Assembly: GCA_031258505.1 (NCBI GenBank) | Contig: JAIRMT010000013.1 | Coordinates: 1 to 47,969 of the forward strand | Length of the DNA stretch: 47,969 nucleotides | Reading direction: 5' to 3' | Source of the DNA: Treponema sp. | GTDB lineage: Bacteria > Spirochaetota > Spirochaetia > Treponematales > Breznakiellaceae | Shown: piece by piece, positions 1 through 9,651 of the stretch | Layout of the letters: every line of letters starts with the position of its first letter | Numbering within the stretch: the first letter of the stretch is position 1 | Program-made: the position numbers and the translations under genes | The notes under the pieces: generated by a model | Seen by the model: only the letters and a program-made list of their open reading frames with translations | Database searches by the model: none | What the model was told of the DNA's origin: nothing

Positions 1-119
1 GATCATCGAATTACGCGAATGAACGCAAATCTTCTTTAGAGAAATGAAATATTCGCGTATATTAGCGTCCATTCGATGATAAATTCTTACCGGTTTTTCT
101 TCCTGCGTAACATGAGTTA
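1..119. repeat. Left copy of an inverted repeat of at least 119 bp (partner 10525..10643). It may extend beyond the window edge.
   Basis: The reverse complement of 10525-10643 aligns base for base with 1-119, with about 8 mismatches by eye. It is internally self-complementary: ATCATCGAAT 2-11 pairs with ATTCGATGAT 71-80, and ACGCGAAT 13-20 pairs with ATTCGCGT 51-58. Confidence 0.85.
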
Positions 120-251
120 TATGTTCGCTGCCAGTTCGGGCCTGACTTCGCCGGTCTCCAGCGACAGCAAATACTTGCCCCACGCCCGCCCAATCGCGCA
201 GAGCTTGTACGCTAAGCGGGTTCGGAGCGCGGGAATCTGTGTGCGCGGCTA
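117..251 (-). pseudogene. Remnant of the 3' end of the NifH-like gene (duplicate of 3872..4008)
   Basis: 116-251 matches 3871-4008 in direct orientation, with 3 substitutions and a 2-nt deletion (ccccac--gcccg vs ccccacttgcccg). The deletion breaks the frame. Only about 44 terminal codons are present. Confidence 0.85.
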
Positions 252-292
252 AACGCGCTACGATTTATACAAGCCTGCCTGTTGGTAGTGGG

Positions 293-2485
293 TTAGGTAA
301 CTTTGAAGCGAGAAACCTCAATCATAAGCCGCTCTATCTGCTTCTTGTTCTCCGCACTTATATCATTCACCCGATTAACCGCTGTGTCTATCTGCTGGGA
401 GCCAGAGGCCATCTCCTGTATACTGTTCCCTATCTCCGCCGAAAGCTGCTCCAGAGTTCTACTCTCCTGTATCACTTCCCGGCTGCCACTCAGCATACCT
501 GTAGCGCTTCCTTTTACTTCCCCAGTGATTCCGTTCAGACTCCCTATAGAGTCCAGTATGGCTTTGCTTCCTATCCCCTGCTCTTCCATAGCAGCGCGGA
601 TAGCCTGCTCCTGATTCGTTACAATCTGTACTCCTTGACTTATCGCCTCGAAATTTCGCAGTACCTCACTAGTGGACGCAGTGATCTTATCTATGGAGCC
701 TTTTATCTTTTTCAATACATCGCTTATGGTCTTTGATTGCTCACCGGAAGACTCCGCCAGCTTGCGTATCTCGTCGGCAACAACCGCGAAGCCCTTGCCC
801 GCTTCCCCGGCGTGCGCGGCTTCTATGGCCGCGTTCATGGAAAGCAGGTTTGTCTGGCTGGCTATGTTCTCCATCACCCCGTTTATCTCCAGCAAGCCTT
901 CCGACTCCCGCGCTATTTCTTGAATATCTCCAGAGACTCCCGCTAACCCTTTCTTACCCACCTGCGCTGCATGGGAGAGATTGCTAACGTTAGTTTCGTT
1001 CTTGATAAGGCTTTGGGTTACGTTTTTGATATTGGCCAGCATTTCTTCGATTGCAGAGGAGGATTGGCTGACACATTCGGACTGTTTCTGTATCTGCTCA
1101 TTTATAACGCCGATGTAGTCGACGACCTGCCCCATGATTGAACCGGCGCTTTTGACGCTGGCCTGCTGTTTGCTGGTTTGAGCCTTGATACTTTGAATGT
1201 TTGCAGCGATTTGGTTTATGGAAGAAGCGGTTTCATTCATGTTCGTAGCAAGTTCGGAGCCGGTTTGAGCGAGGGATTGGACTTCGTTCTTAATAGCGAT
1301 CACGAGGTTTTTGATCTTGGCAATGGTGAGGTTGAAGTAATGGGCCAGGTCTCCTATCTCGTCATGGGCAGTAATGCTAATGGTTTTGGTGAGGTCACCT
1401 TCTCCTTCGGAAATATCCTTGAGCATTGAAGCAAGACTGTTGATCGGGCGGCTTATGGAGCGCGCCATGAAGAAGACCCCTGCCAGCAAGATGGTAATGG
1501 TAAGGATGCCAATGATAAAGCTGGTACTAAGCATACGGGAAACCGGCGCCATGATCGTGTTGCGGGAAACCCCAACGACCAATGTCCATGGCTGAGGAAC
1601 ATGCCCGATGGTGAAGGGGACGGAATAATACTGCATGACTGTATCTGATTGCGGGGGCTGGTAGGAGAAGGAGACGGAAGTTCCTTTATTGACAGCCTCT
1701 ACCATAGTGTCAAGGAAGGGTCCGAAGGTATCCGCTTCTGTTTCCCGCATATCTTTTCCCAGCCGCTGCGAATCGCTGTGGGCGGCCACAATGCCCCCGG
1801 AGCTGAACACAAAGGCATGGCCGTCGCCGAAAGGTTTAACCTCATTAGCTATAGTCTGTATAGTCGATACTGTAAGGTCGATACCAGCATATCCTACAAT
1901 CGCGCCCTTATTTCTGACTGGAATAGTGATCGTAACGACGAAATCCGTTTCTCCGGTGAGGGAATTTTTTATGTATATTCCGGGGTCAAAGAGATATTCG
2001 GCGTTCATATTCAGCGACAAGACCAGATCCCATGGGAAGTCGGCTATAGCTACCCATTGCGGTACGCCATCAATATAGATACAGTTTGGTATATACCGTC
2101 CGGTTTCGTCTGTTCCAGGGGTATTGGCGTATTCCGCGTCCATGCCGTCTAGTCCATTGGGCGACCAGTTAGCCCAGACACTGCTTACTTCAGGGTGGGC
2201 GATAAGCACCTGTTTCAACATTAAATCGAAATACCCGCGCCGCTCTACAGCGGGTATTTCTGGATAACCTTCCATGATATGAGCCAGGGTTCTTGCCGCG
2301 CCCATATACTCTTCAAACCAGCTCTTTATTTTCTCGCTGCTCTCTCGCGCAATACTTTCCGCCTCTTCCTCAGCCAGGTGGCTGATTTCCTGCTGGGATT
2401 GCAAGAGGGTAATACCGGCAAGCAAACCGATACCGATGATGTTAAAGATACTGATAATTAACACCAGCTTAACACGGATTTTCAT
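293..2485 (-). CDS. Methyl-accepting chemotaxis protein (N-terminal TM, Cache-like periplasmic sensor, second TM, HAMP, MCP signalling domain)
   Basis: 730-aa ORF with AAGGAGT SD before the ATG. The C-terminal half has the conserved MCP hairpin motif ([38 protein letters not shown]). Confidence 0.92.
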   Translation of the reverse strand: MKIRVKLVLIISIFNIIGIGLLAGITLLQSQQEISHLAEEEAESIARESSEKIKSWFEEYMGAARTLAHIMEGYPEIPAVERRGYFDLMLKQVLIAHPEVSSVWANWSPNGLDGMDAEYANTPGTDETGRYIPNCIYIDGVPQWVAIADFPWDLVLSLNMNAEYLFDPGIYIKNSLTGETDFVVTITIPVRNKGAIVGYAGIDLTVSTIQTIANEVKPFGDGHAFVFSSGGIVAAHSDSQRLGKDMRETEADTFGPFLDTMVEAVNKGTSVSFSYQPPQSDTVMQYYSVPFTIGHVPQPWTLVVGVSRNTIMAPVSRMLSTSFIIGILTITILLAGVFFMARSISRPINSLASMLKDISEGEGDLTKTISITAHDEIGDLAHYFNLTIAKIKNLVIAIKNEVQSLAQTGSELATNMNETASSINQIAANIQSIKAQTSKQQASVKSAGSIMGQVVDYIGVINEQIQKQSECVSQSSSAIEEMLANIKNVTQSLIKNETNVSNLSHAAQVGKKGLAGVSGDIQEIARESEGLLEINGVMENIASQTNLLSMNAAIEAAHAGEAGKGFAVVADEIRKLAESSGEQSKTISDVLKKIKGSIDKITASTSEVLRNFEAISQGVQIVTNQEQAIRAAMEEQGIGSKAILDSIGSLNGITGEVKGSATGMLSGSREVIQESRTLEQLSAEIGNSIQEMASGSQQIDTAVNRVNDISAENKKQIERLMIEVSRFKVT

Positions 2486-2612
2486 AAAACACTCCTTACT
2501 ACGTGGACATATGGAAATAAATAATCCCCACCGCAGAGCGGCAGGGTACTGAAGATTTCACCTTGCAATCTTTGTGTATGCGGGGGAACAATCCTTCGCG
2601 CCTCTATATTTA

Positions 2613-2629
2613 CGCCCCCAAGAGGGGCG
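2613..2629 (-). terminator. Possible stem-loop terminator downstream of the hydrolase gene
   Basis: CGCCCC-CAAGA-GGGGCG hairpin, 23 nt past the stop at 2652. There is no clear U-tract. Confidence 0.25.
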
Positions 2630-2651
2630 AAGTATTAAACCTGAAAGGAAA

Positions 2652-3704
2652 TCAGCGCTTGGGAGTCAATAATGGTTGGGTATATAGCGCTTGGGGCGCG
2701 GACAAAAAACGCAGGATATCAGCCGTGATTTCTTCATCCAAGTGTCCTTCCCAATGCATATTATGACCTATACCCGCTTTGGTTAAAAATTCGATGCGAC
2801 TGGAGCCTAGTCGGGCGATCAAGTCGAGTTGATCATCTTTGGAAAAAAAGTTGTCCTCCGTACCCCAGATGATTTGTACGGGAATGGTAATAGCGGACGG
2901 GTCTGCCAGCTCGCCAATGTCTATGCCGTTGAAAATATTGTCCCAGATAGGAACCGACAACTGCGCGACAGATTCATACAACTTTTGCACAAAGATGTCA
3001 TCATAATTGGAAGAAGCTATCCATGCCCGCAGGAAATCGTCTGTCAGTTCCGTTACATGATTGATCCCAAGGAATTCCCCGTCGCCTTCCAATATCCATG
3101 CCATTGTCTCGTTGCCCGCTATACGGCCCGACGTGCCGATGAGAGTTAAAGACGCCGCCCGATCGGGATAAGCGGCAGCCACGTACTGGGCGGTGAACGA
3201 ACCCATGGAATGTCCAACGATATGTACGCCGGACAGATCGAGCTGCGCCAGCAGCGCGTTGATATCCGCGGCGTGCATAGATACGGTATAGGGACCGGAT
3301 AGCGGCTTATCAGTATGCCCGTGTCCGCGCAATTCTGGAACGATGACATAATAGCCGGCGTTAGCCAGTCGAGGCGCTACCTGAGAAAAAGACAAATAGC
3401 TGTCAGTTGCGCCGTGCAGTAGCATCACTGGCGGGTCCTCGGACGAACCTAATAAAACATACGCCATGTTGATCCCCGTATCCAGACTGGCATACTGAAA
3501 TGTCGGCTCATAACTGATGGTGAGCGTCGGCGCCTTGTCGGGAACGCCATCCGCTTTAAGTCCTTGCATCGACTCACTCTTTGTAACAAGAGAACTTTGA
3601 CGAGACGACGTAAGAGCAAACAGTCCTGACGCAAAGACAAGTTCTGCTGAAAATAGGCACAACACACAGGCTATACCTAACACACATATTACTCGATTAC
3701 TCAA
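2652..3704 (-). CDS. Secreted alpha/beta-fold hydrolase
   Basis: 350-aa ORF with TTG start and a strong TAAGGAGGT SD. It has an N-terminal signal-like hydrophobic segment, the HGATDS oxyanion region, the GHSMG nucleophile elbow and a C-terminal GIGHNMH histidine. Confidence 0.85.
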   Translation of the reverse strand: MSNRVICVLGIACVLCLFSAELVFASGLFALTSSRQSSLVTKSESMQGLKADGVPDKAPTLTISYEPTFQYASLDTGINMAYVLLGSSEDPPVMLLHGATDSYLSFSQVAPRLANAGYYVIVPELRGHGHTDKPLSGPYTVSMHAADINALLAQLDLSGVHIVGHSMGSFTAQYVAAAYPDRAASLTLIGTSGRIAGNETMAWILEGDGEFLGINHVTELTDDFLRAWIASSNYDDIFVQKLYESVAQLSVPIWDNIFNGIDIGELADPSAITIPVQIIWGTEDNFFSKDDQLDLIARLGSSRIEFLTKAGIGHNMHWEGHLDEEITADILRFLSAPQALYTQPLLTPKR

Positions 3705-3843
3705 TTCTATACCTCCTTAGGTACTGTAATAAATGCTGATCGACGGGGCAACTCTTCCCACTTTTCTTTCAGCACATATTTTAAATCTATAATACTTTAC
3801 TATAAGAATAGCAAGCGAAAGCGCGGCTGGGGGCAGGGAAGCT

Positions 3844-3860
3844 GGGGCGAATCTCGCCCC
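3844..3860 (-). terminator. Possible terminator hairpin after the NifH-like gene
   Basis: Perfect GGGGCGA-atc-TCGCCCC stem-loop, 12 nt downstream of the stop codon at 3872-3874. No U-tract on the minus strand. Confidence 0.35.
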
Positions 3861-3871
3861 AATGCTTGTTG

Positions 3872-4750
3872 TTATATGTTCGTTGCTAGTTCGGGCCTGA
3901 CTTCGCCGGTCTCTAGCGACAGCAAATACTTGCCCCACTTGCCCGCCCAATCGCGCAGAGCTTGTACGCTAAGCGGGTTCGGAGCGCGGGAATCTGTGTG
4001 CGCGGCTATCTCCCGCGCCAGCGATAAATACACCTGCGCCTGAGCTGAATCAGGCGCAGCCTCTATGGTGGTCTTGCCTTGCAGTTCACACTGCGTAACC
4101 GTAACCGAGCGGGGGATATATTCCACTACGCGAGTCTGTGTCTGAGCCACAAAGTCATCGATAATTTCTTTCGCATAGGGCTGGTTAATCGAATTGGCTA
4201 TTACGCCGCCCAGTAACGCGCCGCCAGAGTTGGAGTATTTCTGGATGCCGCGAAAAAGGTTGTTCGCCGCGTAAACCGCCATGAAGTCCGCCGAGGAGAC
4301 AGTGAAGACGTGTTGAGCTATGCCTTCACGAATCGGAACCGCGAAACCGCCACAGACCACGTCGCCAAGCACGTCGTAGATCACGAAGTCCAGGTCAAGT
4401 TCCTCGAAGATGCGCTGCTGCTTGAACAGTTCTACGGCAGTGATGATGCCGCGCCCAGCACAGCCAACTCCGGGCGAGGGACCGCCAGCTTCCACGCAGT
4501 ACACGCCGTTAAAGCCTCTGAAAATAACTTCATGGGCGTTGACCGCGCTCTTTTCCCGCAGGGTATCGAGTACGGTCGGGATGTAGGTTCCATCGCGGAG
4601 GGTGTTGGTCGAGTCGCTTTTGGGATCGCAACCAAACTGCATGACCTTGTAGCCGAGTTTTGAGAGAGCGGCGCTCAGGTTGGATGTAGTGGTGGATTTG
4701 CCAATGCCTCCTTTGCCATAGATTGCGATCTGTTTTGCTTTGCCCATCAT
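3872..4750 (-). CDS. NifH-family ATPase / [4Fe-4S] reductase component of a nitrogenase-like enzyme
   Basis: 292 aa. It has the P-loop GKGGIGKS, switch I CDPKSDST, and both cluster cysteines in NifH-type contexts ([17 protein letters not shown] and [14 protein letters not shown]). Confidence 0.93.
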   Translation of the reverse strand: MMGKAKQIAIYGKGGIGKSTTTSNLSAALSKLGYKVMQFGCDPKSDSTNTLRDGTYIPTVLDTLREKSAVNAHEVIFRGFNGVYCVEAGGPSPGVGCAGRGIITAVELFKQQRIFEELDLDFVIYDVLGDVVCGGFAVPIREGIAQHVFTVSSADFMAVYAANNLFRGIQKYSNSGGALLGGVIANSINQPYAKEIIDDFVAQTQTRVVEYIPRSVTVTQCELQGKTTIEAAPDSAQAQVYLSLAREIAAHTDSRAPNPLSVQALRDWAGKWGKYLLSLETGEVRPELATNI

Positions 4751-4757
4751 AGCCCTC

Positions 4758-6317
4758 TCATCCGTTCACCACAGACTTGATAGTCGGGGGTTCGTTGTCG
4801 CTGGACAGAGGGACGGACTTGATGTAACTGAACGGGTCCTGCTCGTACCATGTTTTCTTAAAGGGCAGCGGCACGTTGAGCGAGAGTTGGCGGTTGAACT
4901 CAGCATTGCGGAACTTCTTTGCCAAACGCCGCGCAATCTCAAACACGCCTGAATAGCCGCAGTAGTTGTACTGAGGGCCGAAGAGTGGAAGCAAAGGGAG
5001 TCCATGGCGAGAAGCGATGTTGTTTCCGCCAACATGGGCAACGAGAATGTCCGGCTTGAGCTTTGAGATGATGTTCGACGATTCAAAGGGCTGGTTTGTG
5101 GCAACGCTGAATAACACATCATCAACATCGTGAAGCGCCTCAAAGATGGGTTCAACAAAGCGGTCGTAGTGGTGCGCCTTGAACCCAACGACTTCTATCT
5201 CCAAGTCTTGCAAGACCTCGGCAGTGGCGAGGATGCGTACCTCGCCGCCGAGTAGGTAGGCGCGTTTGCCTTTGAGGGTTTTACGGTATGGGTTCAGCGC
5301 TTCCTCAAGGTACTGATGCTCGGCTTTGATGAGGCGTTCTGTCTCATCCTCAATGCCGAAGTGGGCGGCGATGCGGCGCAGCCACCTGTCCGTGTTCTTC
5401 CGACCAATCGGGATGGTGTCAACCACAAAGGGAATGTTGTACATGGTCTTCAGGTGTTCCACGAAATAGTCATCGTGTGTGCCGCAGAGACTTACGTTGA
5501 GGCTGGTTTCCAGCGCGTACTGAAAATCCTCTGGTTTTGCGTAACAGGGGATAAACGTAACCTCAAGCCCCAGGGCTTCAAGGATGCGGCGGAACTCGGT
5601 TTCGTCAAAACGGCTCATGGAACCGACATTCAGCACGTTCAGCTTTCGGCTCCGGCGGTACTGTTCTCGCTGGCGCTGTTCCTCCTGTTCCCAGATGGGC
5701 TGCTTACGGTCTGGATAGCGAATGTACTTCTTGAGTATGCCGTGATACACCGCGTCATAGGCAGTTGCCATGAGCTTTGTCTTAAAGCCCTCGCAGTGTA
5801 TGGGAACGAGGATTGCCGCAGTTTCCTTCTGTATATCCTGAAGGATGTTGTCAATGTCGTCCCCGATGAGCGCCGGGACACAGCTATTGGTAACAATGAT
5901 GGACTCAGGCCGGAATTCCTTGTCCGCGTACAGGATTGCGTCGCGCAGCTTTTTTTCACCGCCGCCGATGACGTCTGGCTCATCAAGGTTGGTACTGAGC
6001 CAGATAAGCCCTGTTGCATTGGGGTCTCGTACCTGTTTCATGGCTTTGTTCTGCCCATAAGCGCCGATGGAACACATACCGCAACCCACAGGACCGTGCA
6101 TGATTACTACAGAGTTTCGTATGGAGTTGAGCATACCGAGGCTCAGGGTAAATTGACACCCCTGGGCTTGGGTGAAGGCGCGGGATGAGAGGTTTGTACA
6201 GCCATGCGCCTTTGCGCGGTCGCAAGTCCGTACCTGCGAACAGGTTCCGCCAAAAGCAATGGCTGCATGGAGCCGGTCTTCCCGTGATGGGGCTGATTTC
6301 GCATCTAAAAAGTTCAT
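4758..6317 (-). CDS. NifD/NifE-like subunit of a nitrogenase-like (component 1 type) oxidoreductase
   Basis: 519 aa. It carries NifD-type motifs QGCQF (Cys54), HGPVGCG (Cys79), [13 protein letters not shown] (Cys146), PIHCEGF (Cys175) and [25 protein letters not shown] (Cys278, aligned by eye to the NifD Cys275 region). AAGGAG SD. Confidence 0.88.
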   Translation of the reverse strand: MNFLDAKSAPSREDRLHAAIAFGGTCSQVRTCDRAKAHGCTNLSSRAFTQAQGCQFTLSLGMLNSIRNSVVIMHGPVGCGMCSIGAYGQNKAMKQVRDPNATGLIWLSTNLDEPDVIGGGEKKLRDAILYADKEFRPESIIVTNSCVPALIGDDIDNILQDIQKETAAILVPIHCEGFKTKLMATAYDAVYHGILKKYIRYPDRKQPIWEQEEQRQREQYRRSRKLNVLNVGSMSRFDETEFRRILEALGLEVTFIPCYAKPEDFQYALETSLNVSLCGTHDDYFVEHLKTMYNIPFVVDTIPIGRKNTDRWLRRIAAHFGIEDETERLIKAEHQYLEEALNPYRKTLKGKRAYLLGGEVRILATAEVLQDLEIEVVGFKAHHYDRFVEPIFEALHDVDDVLFSVATNQPFESSNIISKLKPDILVAHVGGNNIASRHGLPLLPLFGPQYNYCGYSGVFEIARRLAKKFRNAEFNRQLSLNVPLPFKKTWYEQDPFSYIKSVPLSSDNEPPTIKSVVNG

Positions 6318-6329
6318 ATTTTCTACTCC

Positions 6330-7670
6330 TTATCTTGTTGCTACCAGGTAGGTAATGACGTCTTCCGCAAAGGAAAGTCCTCCGCTATAGCCGGCATAGG
6401 CGCGGTTCATCACGCAGCGTCCGGTAAGAGGGAAACTAACGGGTATGAGGGGATAACCGAATTCATCGGATAGGTCCCGCTCAAACGAACTGCCAATAAT
6501 GACCGTTGGATTAAAGGGGTCGTAGTACCGGTCATTCTGGTTCCGGGGCCAGACTTCTCTCAGGTATTTTTTTACCGAAGATGCGTCAGTATCAAAGCGC
6601 ACTGACGGCGTGAGTCCTGAGTTCAATTCCTGAAACTGGGCGCTTACACTCTGTTGACGGCTCTTGTCGAGAGTGTCTGTTACCATAACCAGTTCTGGTA
6701 TCCAGCCCAGCTCGTCAGAGACAAAACGGGTTATTGCCGGCGCATAGTTGGAATCACCGATTACCACAGCATAGCGCTGGAGATCAGCGTCATTGTATAT
6801 GTCCGCGATACGTGAGAGGTAGTCGTAGTAGATTGACTTCTCCTCGTCAATGACGCGCTTGACCGCTGCCGAGTCAAGCGCAAGCGCCTTGCCGACGCTG
6901 TTCAGGAAAACCTCGCTTGCCAGCGCCCCGATGGGGAAGGGCGTTACAATGTAGGGGATGCCGTGTACTTCCTCAAAGTATTGGGCGCTGTCAATGCCCG
7001 GTCCATTGGATACAACGATGTTCAGCCCCGCGTTACCCGCGTTTTTGAGCGCGTCCAGGGTTTCACCCTCGCCAAAGAAGGTGTTTACCGTGAGTCCAAG
7101 CCGCTCCAGAAGCCGCTTGAGTTCCCGCAGATTGCCCTTCCAGAATACGTCCTGCGCTGGAACTATACCAAGCACGTTGACGGTGAGCGGGTCTTTCGAG
7201 GCTTGCTTGGCAATGTACTTGGCGATGAGTCCTTTCAGCACAAGCTCATAACCAGTGAAGGCGTTACCTTTGAAGCTAGGCGTGGGAATGGCGATGACTG
7301 GTTTTTCCGCGTCAGCGAATTCAGCTGCAACTGATACGGTGTCGTCGCCAATCATATCAACCATACAGCCGGTTACGACGACATAGAGGTCGCCGTCCAC
7401 GATTTCAAGGGTTGACTGTATCTGCTCCCGCAGGCGGCCTTCACCGCCAAACACCACATCCCGTTCCACCACGTTGGAACTGGGCAGGGCAGCGCCGCCG
7501 CAGTAGCCGCCGCCGAGATAGCCTGCGCCGGCATTGAGCGCCGCGTTTATGTTGCCGCCGCAACCTGCCGAGCCGTGTATAATGCTTATTGTCCTGGGCA
7601 GGGCATGCAATGTACCAATCGCGCCGCCAAGCGCACAGGTGTAGCGCGGTCGGTCGATAAATTTACTCAT
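6330..7670 (-). CDS. NifK/NifN-like subunit of a nitrogenase-like oxidoreductase
   Basis: Three P-cluster-type cysteine motifs: RYTCALGGA, HGSAGCGG and VTGCMVDMIGDD. I prefer the start at 7670 (MSKFIDRP) because GGAGG lies 8 nt upstream. The track start at 7685 lies inside that SD. Confidence 0.85.
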   Translation of the reverse strand: MSKFIDRPRYTCALGGAIGTLHALPRTISIIHGSAGCGGNINAALNAGAGYLGGGYCGGAALPSSNVVERDVVFGGEGRLREQIQSTLEIVDGDLYVVVTGCMVDMIGDDTVSVAAEFADAEKPVIAIPTPSFKGNAFTGYELVLKGLIAKYIAKQASKDPLTVNVLGIVPAQDVFWKGNLRELKRLLERLGLTVNTFFGEGETLDALKNAGNAGLNIVVSNGPGIDSAQYFEEVHGIPYIVTPFPIGALASEVFLNSVGKALALDSAAVKRVIDEEKSIYYDYLSRIADIYNDADLQRYAVVIGDSNYAPAITRFVSDELGWIPELVMVTDTLDKSRQQSVSAQFQELNSGLTPSVRFDTDASSVKKYLREVWPRNQNDRYYDPFNPTVIIGSSFERDLSDEFGYPLIPVSFPLTGRCVMNRAYAGYSGGLSFAEDVITYLVATR

Positions 7671-7691
7671 TTCATATACCTCCATATTGTT

Positions 7692-8639
7692 TTAACCATG
7701 AGAAAACGTTTCCTCAATAGGCGTTCTGTTTTCGCCATAGATGAGGGACGCAAAATCCCCCTTACCCGGAATGCCGATGGCGTCGGCGCGGCAGTGCTGA
7801 CAGTGCCTGAACACTGGCAAGTAGGCTTCAGCCGCCTCACGAGCGCGGCTAAGCGCGTCGCAGTCCGGCGCGCTGTATTCCGCGAACTCGTGTTGGGGTA
7901 TGAGGGGAATAATGTTAATGATAGACGCGCCCCAATCATGCGCGGCGCGGGCAATGTCGGCGATGTGTGTGTCGTTAACGCCCGGAATCAGCACGATGTT
8001 AATCTTGATGGTGAAGCCAATGTCCGCCGCCTCTTGTATACCCCGCTCTTGCGCGCTGATTAAGAAGACCGCGCCTTCAACGCCAGTATAGACCTTGCCG
8101 TCAAGCATTACATGGGAACAAATCCGGTGAAGAATGACTGGATCAACAGCGTTCACGGTTACGGTCAGAGTTTTGACTCCGACCTGTGCAAGGTCTTGGG
8201 CGTAGCGCTCCAGCAACAAGCCGTTGGTGGATAGACATTTGATGAGCGCCGGGTATGCCTGATGAATGAGCGCGAAGGTTTCAATGGCGTGAGTCGTTGC
8301 CAGCGTATCTCCCGGACCAGCGATACCTGCCACTGTGATGTCAGGACAGCGTTCCAGCGCCTCTTTCACCAGGTCAACCGCGTCTTTTGGCGCAAGCAGT
8401 CTCGCGCTTACCCCAGGGCGATTCTCGAACTTGTTAAACGAGCGCTTGCAGAACCGGCACTGTATGTTACACACCGGACTGACAGGCAAATGCACCCGTC
8501 CATGATTCAAGGTTGCCCCGCTAGAAAAGCAGGGGTGATTCAGCGAAGGGTGAAGGCTGGAGCGCGCATTAGCGGTTCCAGTGGATTGAAGAATCTTGAC
8601 ATTCTCCGTAATCGCTGAAGCAGCGAGAGCTGCACTCAT
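7692..8639 (-). CDS. nifB: NifB-like radical-SAM cofactor maturase (stand-alone SAM domain, no C-terminal NifX domain)
   Basis: 315 aa. It has HPCF...[20 protein letters not shown] (a CX3CX2C motif), [32 protein letters not shown] and a C-terminal [12 protein letters not shown]. These are the characteristic NifB motifs. Its ATG overlaps the cysK stop (ATGA). Confidence 0.88.
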   Translation of the reverse strand: MSAALAASAITENVKILQSTGTANARSSLHPSLNHPCFSSGATLNHGRVHLPVSPVCNIQCRFCKRSFNKFENRPGVSARLLAPKDAVDLVKEALERCPDITVAGIAGPGDTLATTHAIETFALIHQAYPALIKCLSTNGLLLERYAQDLAQVGVKTLTVTVNAVDPVILHRICSHVMLDGKVYTGVEGAVFLISAQERGIQEAADIGFTIKINIVLIPGVNDTHIADIARAAHDWGASIINIIPLIPQHEFAEYSAPDCDALSRAREAAEAYLPVFRHCQHCRADAIGIPGKGDFASLIYGENRTPIEETFSHG

Positions 8640-9583
8640 AGCGGTCGTTCCAGTGAATCGAAGAGCGCTGTTGAGAGATAGCGTTCGCCCGTATCTGGCA
8701 GGAGCGCGACAATGGTCTTGCCTTGAAACTCCGGTCGTTTGGAGATTTGGGTTGCTGCGTATACAGCCGCGCCTGAAGAAATGCCCACGAGCAAGCCTTC
8801 GGTTATGGCAAGACGCTGGGACGCGATATAGGCTTCCTCAGTACGCACCTTGTAAATCTCGTCGTATATCGAGGTGTTAAGCACATGGGGTACAAAACCC
8901 GCGCCTATGCCCTGAATCTTGTGCGGACCTGGCGCTGAACCAGACAGTACCGCTGAATCGTAGGGTTCCACGGCAATCACTTTTATTGCCGGATTCTGCG
9001 CTTTGAGGAACTCGCCCGCGCCAGTGATAGTGCCGCCAGTTCCAATGCCTGCGACAAAGGCAGCCACATCGCCGTCAGTGTCCCGCCATATTTCAGGACC
9101 AGTGGTTTTCCGGTGAATGTCTGGATTTGCCGCATTGTTAAACTGCTGGGGAATAAAGGAACCGTTAATCTGAGCGTGGAGTTCCTCAGCCTTCCTGATA
9201 GCGCCTTTCATGCCGTCCTTACCCGGTGTGAGTACCAGCTCTGCGTTCAGCGCGCTCAACAGTTTCCGCCGCTCTATACTCATGGTGTCGGGCATAACCA
9301 GAATGATGCGGTAACCCTTAGCTGCGGCGACAAAAGCCAGCCCCACGCCAGTATTCCCACTCGTTGGCTCAATCAGCACGCTGTCCTTGGTTATCAGCCC
9401 CTGCTGTTCCGCCGCCTCGATCATTGCCAGCGCGATACGGTCTTTAACGCTCCCCGCTGGATTGAAGTATTCCAGCTTTGCCACGAGCCTTCCCTTCAGC
9501 TCAAAGCCCTCAGCATAGCCGCTCAGTTCCAGCAGCGGCGTATTCCCGATAAGCTCCGTCAGTTTCTTTGCAATCTTTGCCAT
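8636..9583 (-). CDS. cysK: Cysteine synthase A / O-acetylserine sulfhydrylase (first gene of the nitrogenase-like operon)
   Basis: 315 aa. PLP-lysine motif [15 protein letters not shown] loop and [20 protein letters not shown]. Confidence 0.93.
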   Translation of the reverse strand: MAKIAKKLTELIGNTPLLELSGYAEGFELKGRLVAKLEYFNPAGSVKDRIALAMIEAAEQQGLITKDSVLIEPTSGNTGVGLAFVAAAKGYRIILVMPDTMSIERRKLLSALNAELVLTPGKDGMKGAIRKAEELHAQINGSFIPQQFNNAANPDIHRKTTGPEIWRDTDGDVAAFVAGIGTGGTITGAGEFLKAQNPAIKVIAVEPYDSAVLSGSAPGPHKIQGIGAGFVPHVLNTSIYDEIYKVRTEEAYIASQRLAITEGLLVGISSGAAVYAATQISKRPEFQGKTIVALLPDTGERYLSTALFDSLERPL

Positions 9584-9651
9584 CTTTTTCTCCTTCCTTC
9601 TTTATATAAATAAATCGTTAAACGATGAGGAATTGCCCCTCATTGCTTTAA

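Noticed and set aside
3717-3950. A 77-aa minus-strand ORF spans the NifH-like stop region.
   Set aside because: It overlaps the NifH-like 3' end out of frame and runs through the putative terminator hairpin. It has no SD and its composition is Arg/Ala-rich.
5316-6188. A 290-aa plus-strand ORF lies opposite the NifD/E-like gene. Similar long antisense ORFs occur at 239-736, 1649-2152, 10669-11346, 20230-20766, 21959-22636, 24619-25581, 27045-27713, 31705-32238, 35037-35525, 37504-38025 and 45702-46289.
   Set aside because: Each lies entirely within, and antisense to, a gene with clear family motifs. Their translations are low-complexity (Arg/Pro/Ser/Gly-rich) without SD sites or recognisable motifs, which is typical of shadow ORFs.
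3872-8639. The nifH/D/K/B-like genes could be a conventional nitrogen-fixation operon.
   Set aside because: The window has only one D/K-type pair (no separate nifEN) and none of the usual accessory or regulatory nif genes. Gene order is reversed (B-K-D-H). By-eye alignment suggests the His442 and Gln191/His195 equivalents are missing. The operon starts with cysK and sits among sulfur genes. A group-IV nitrogenase-like enzyme is the better call, pending phylogeny.
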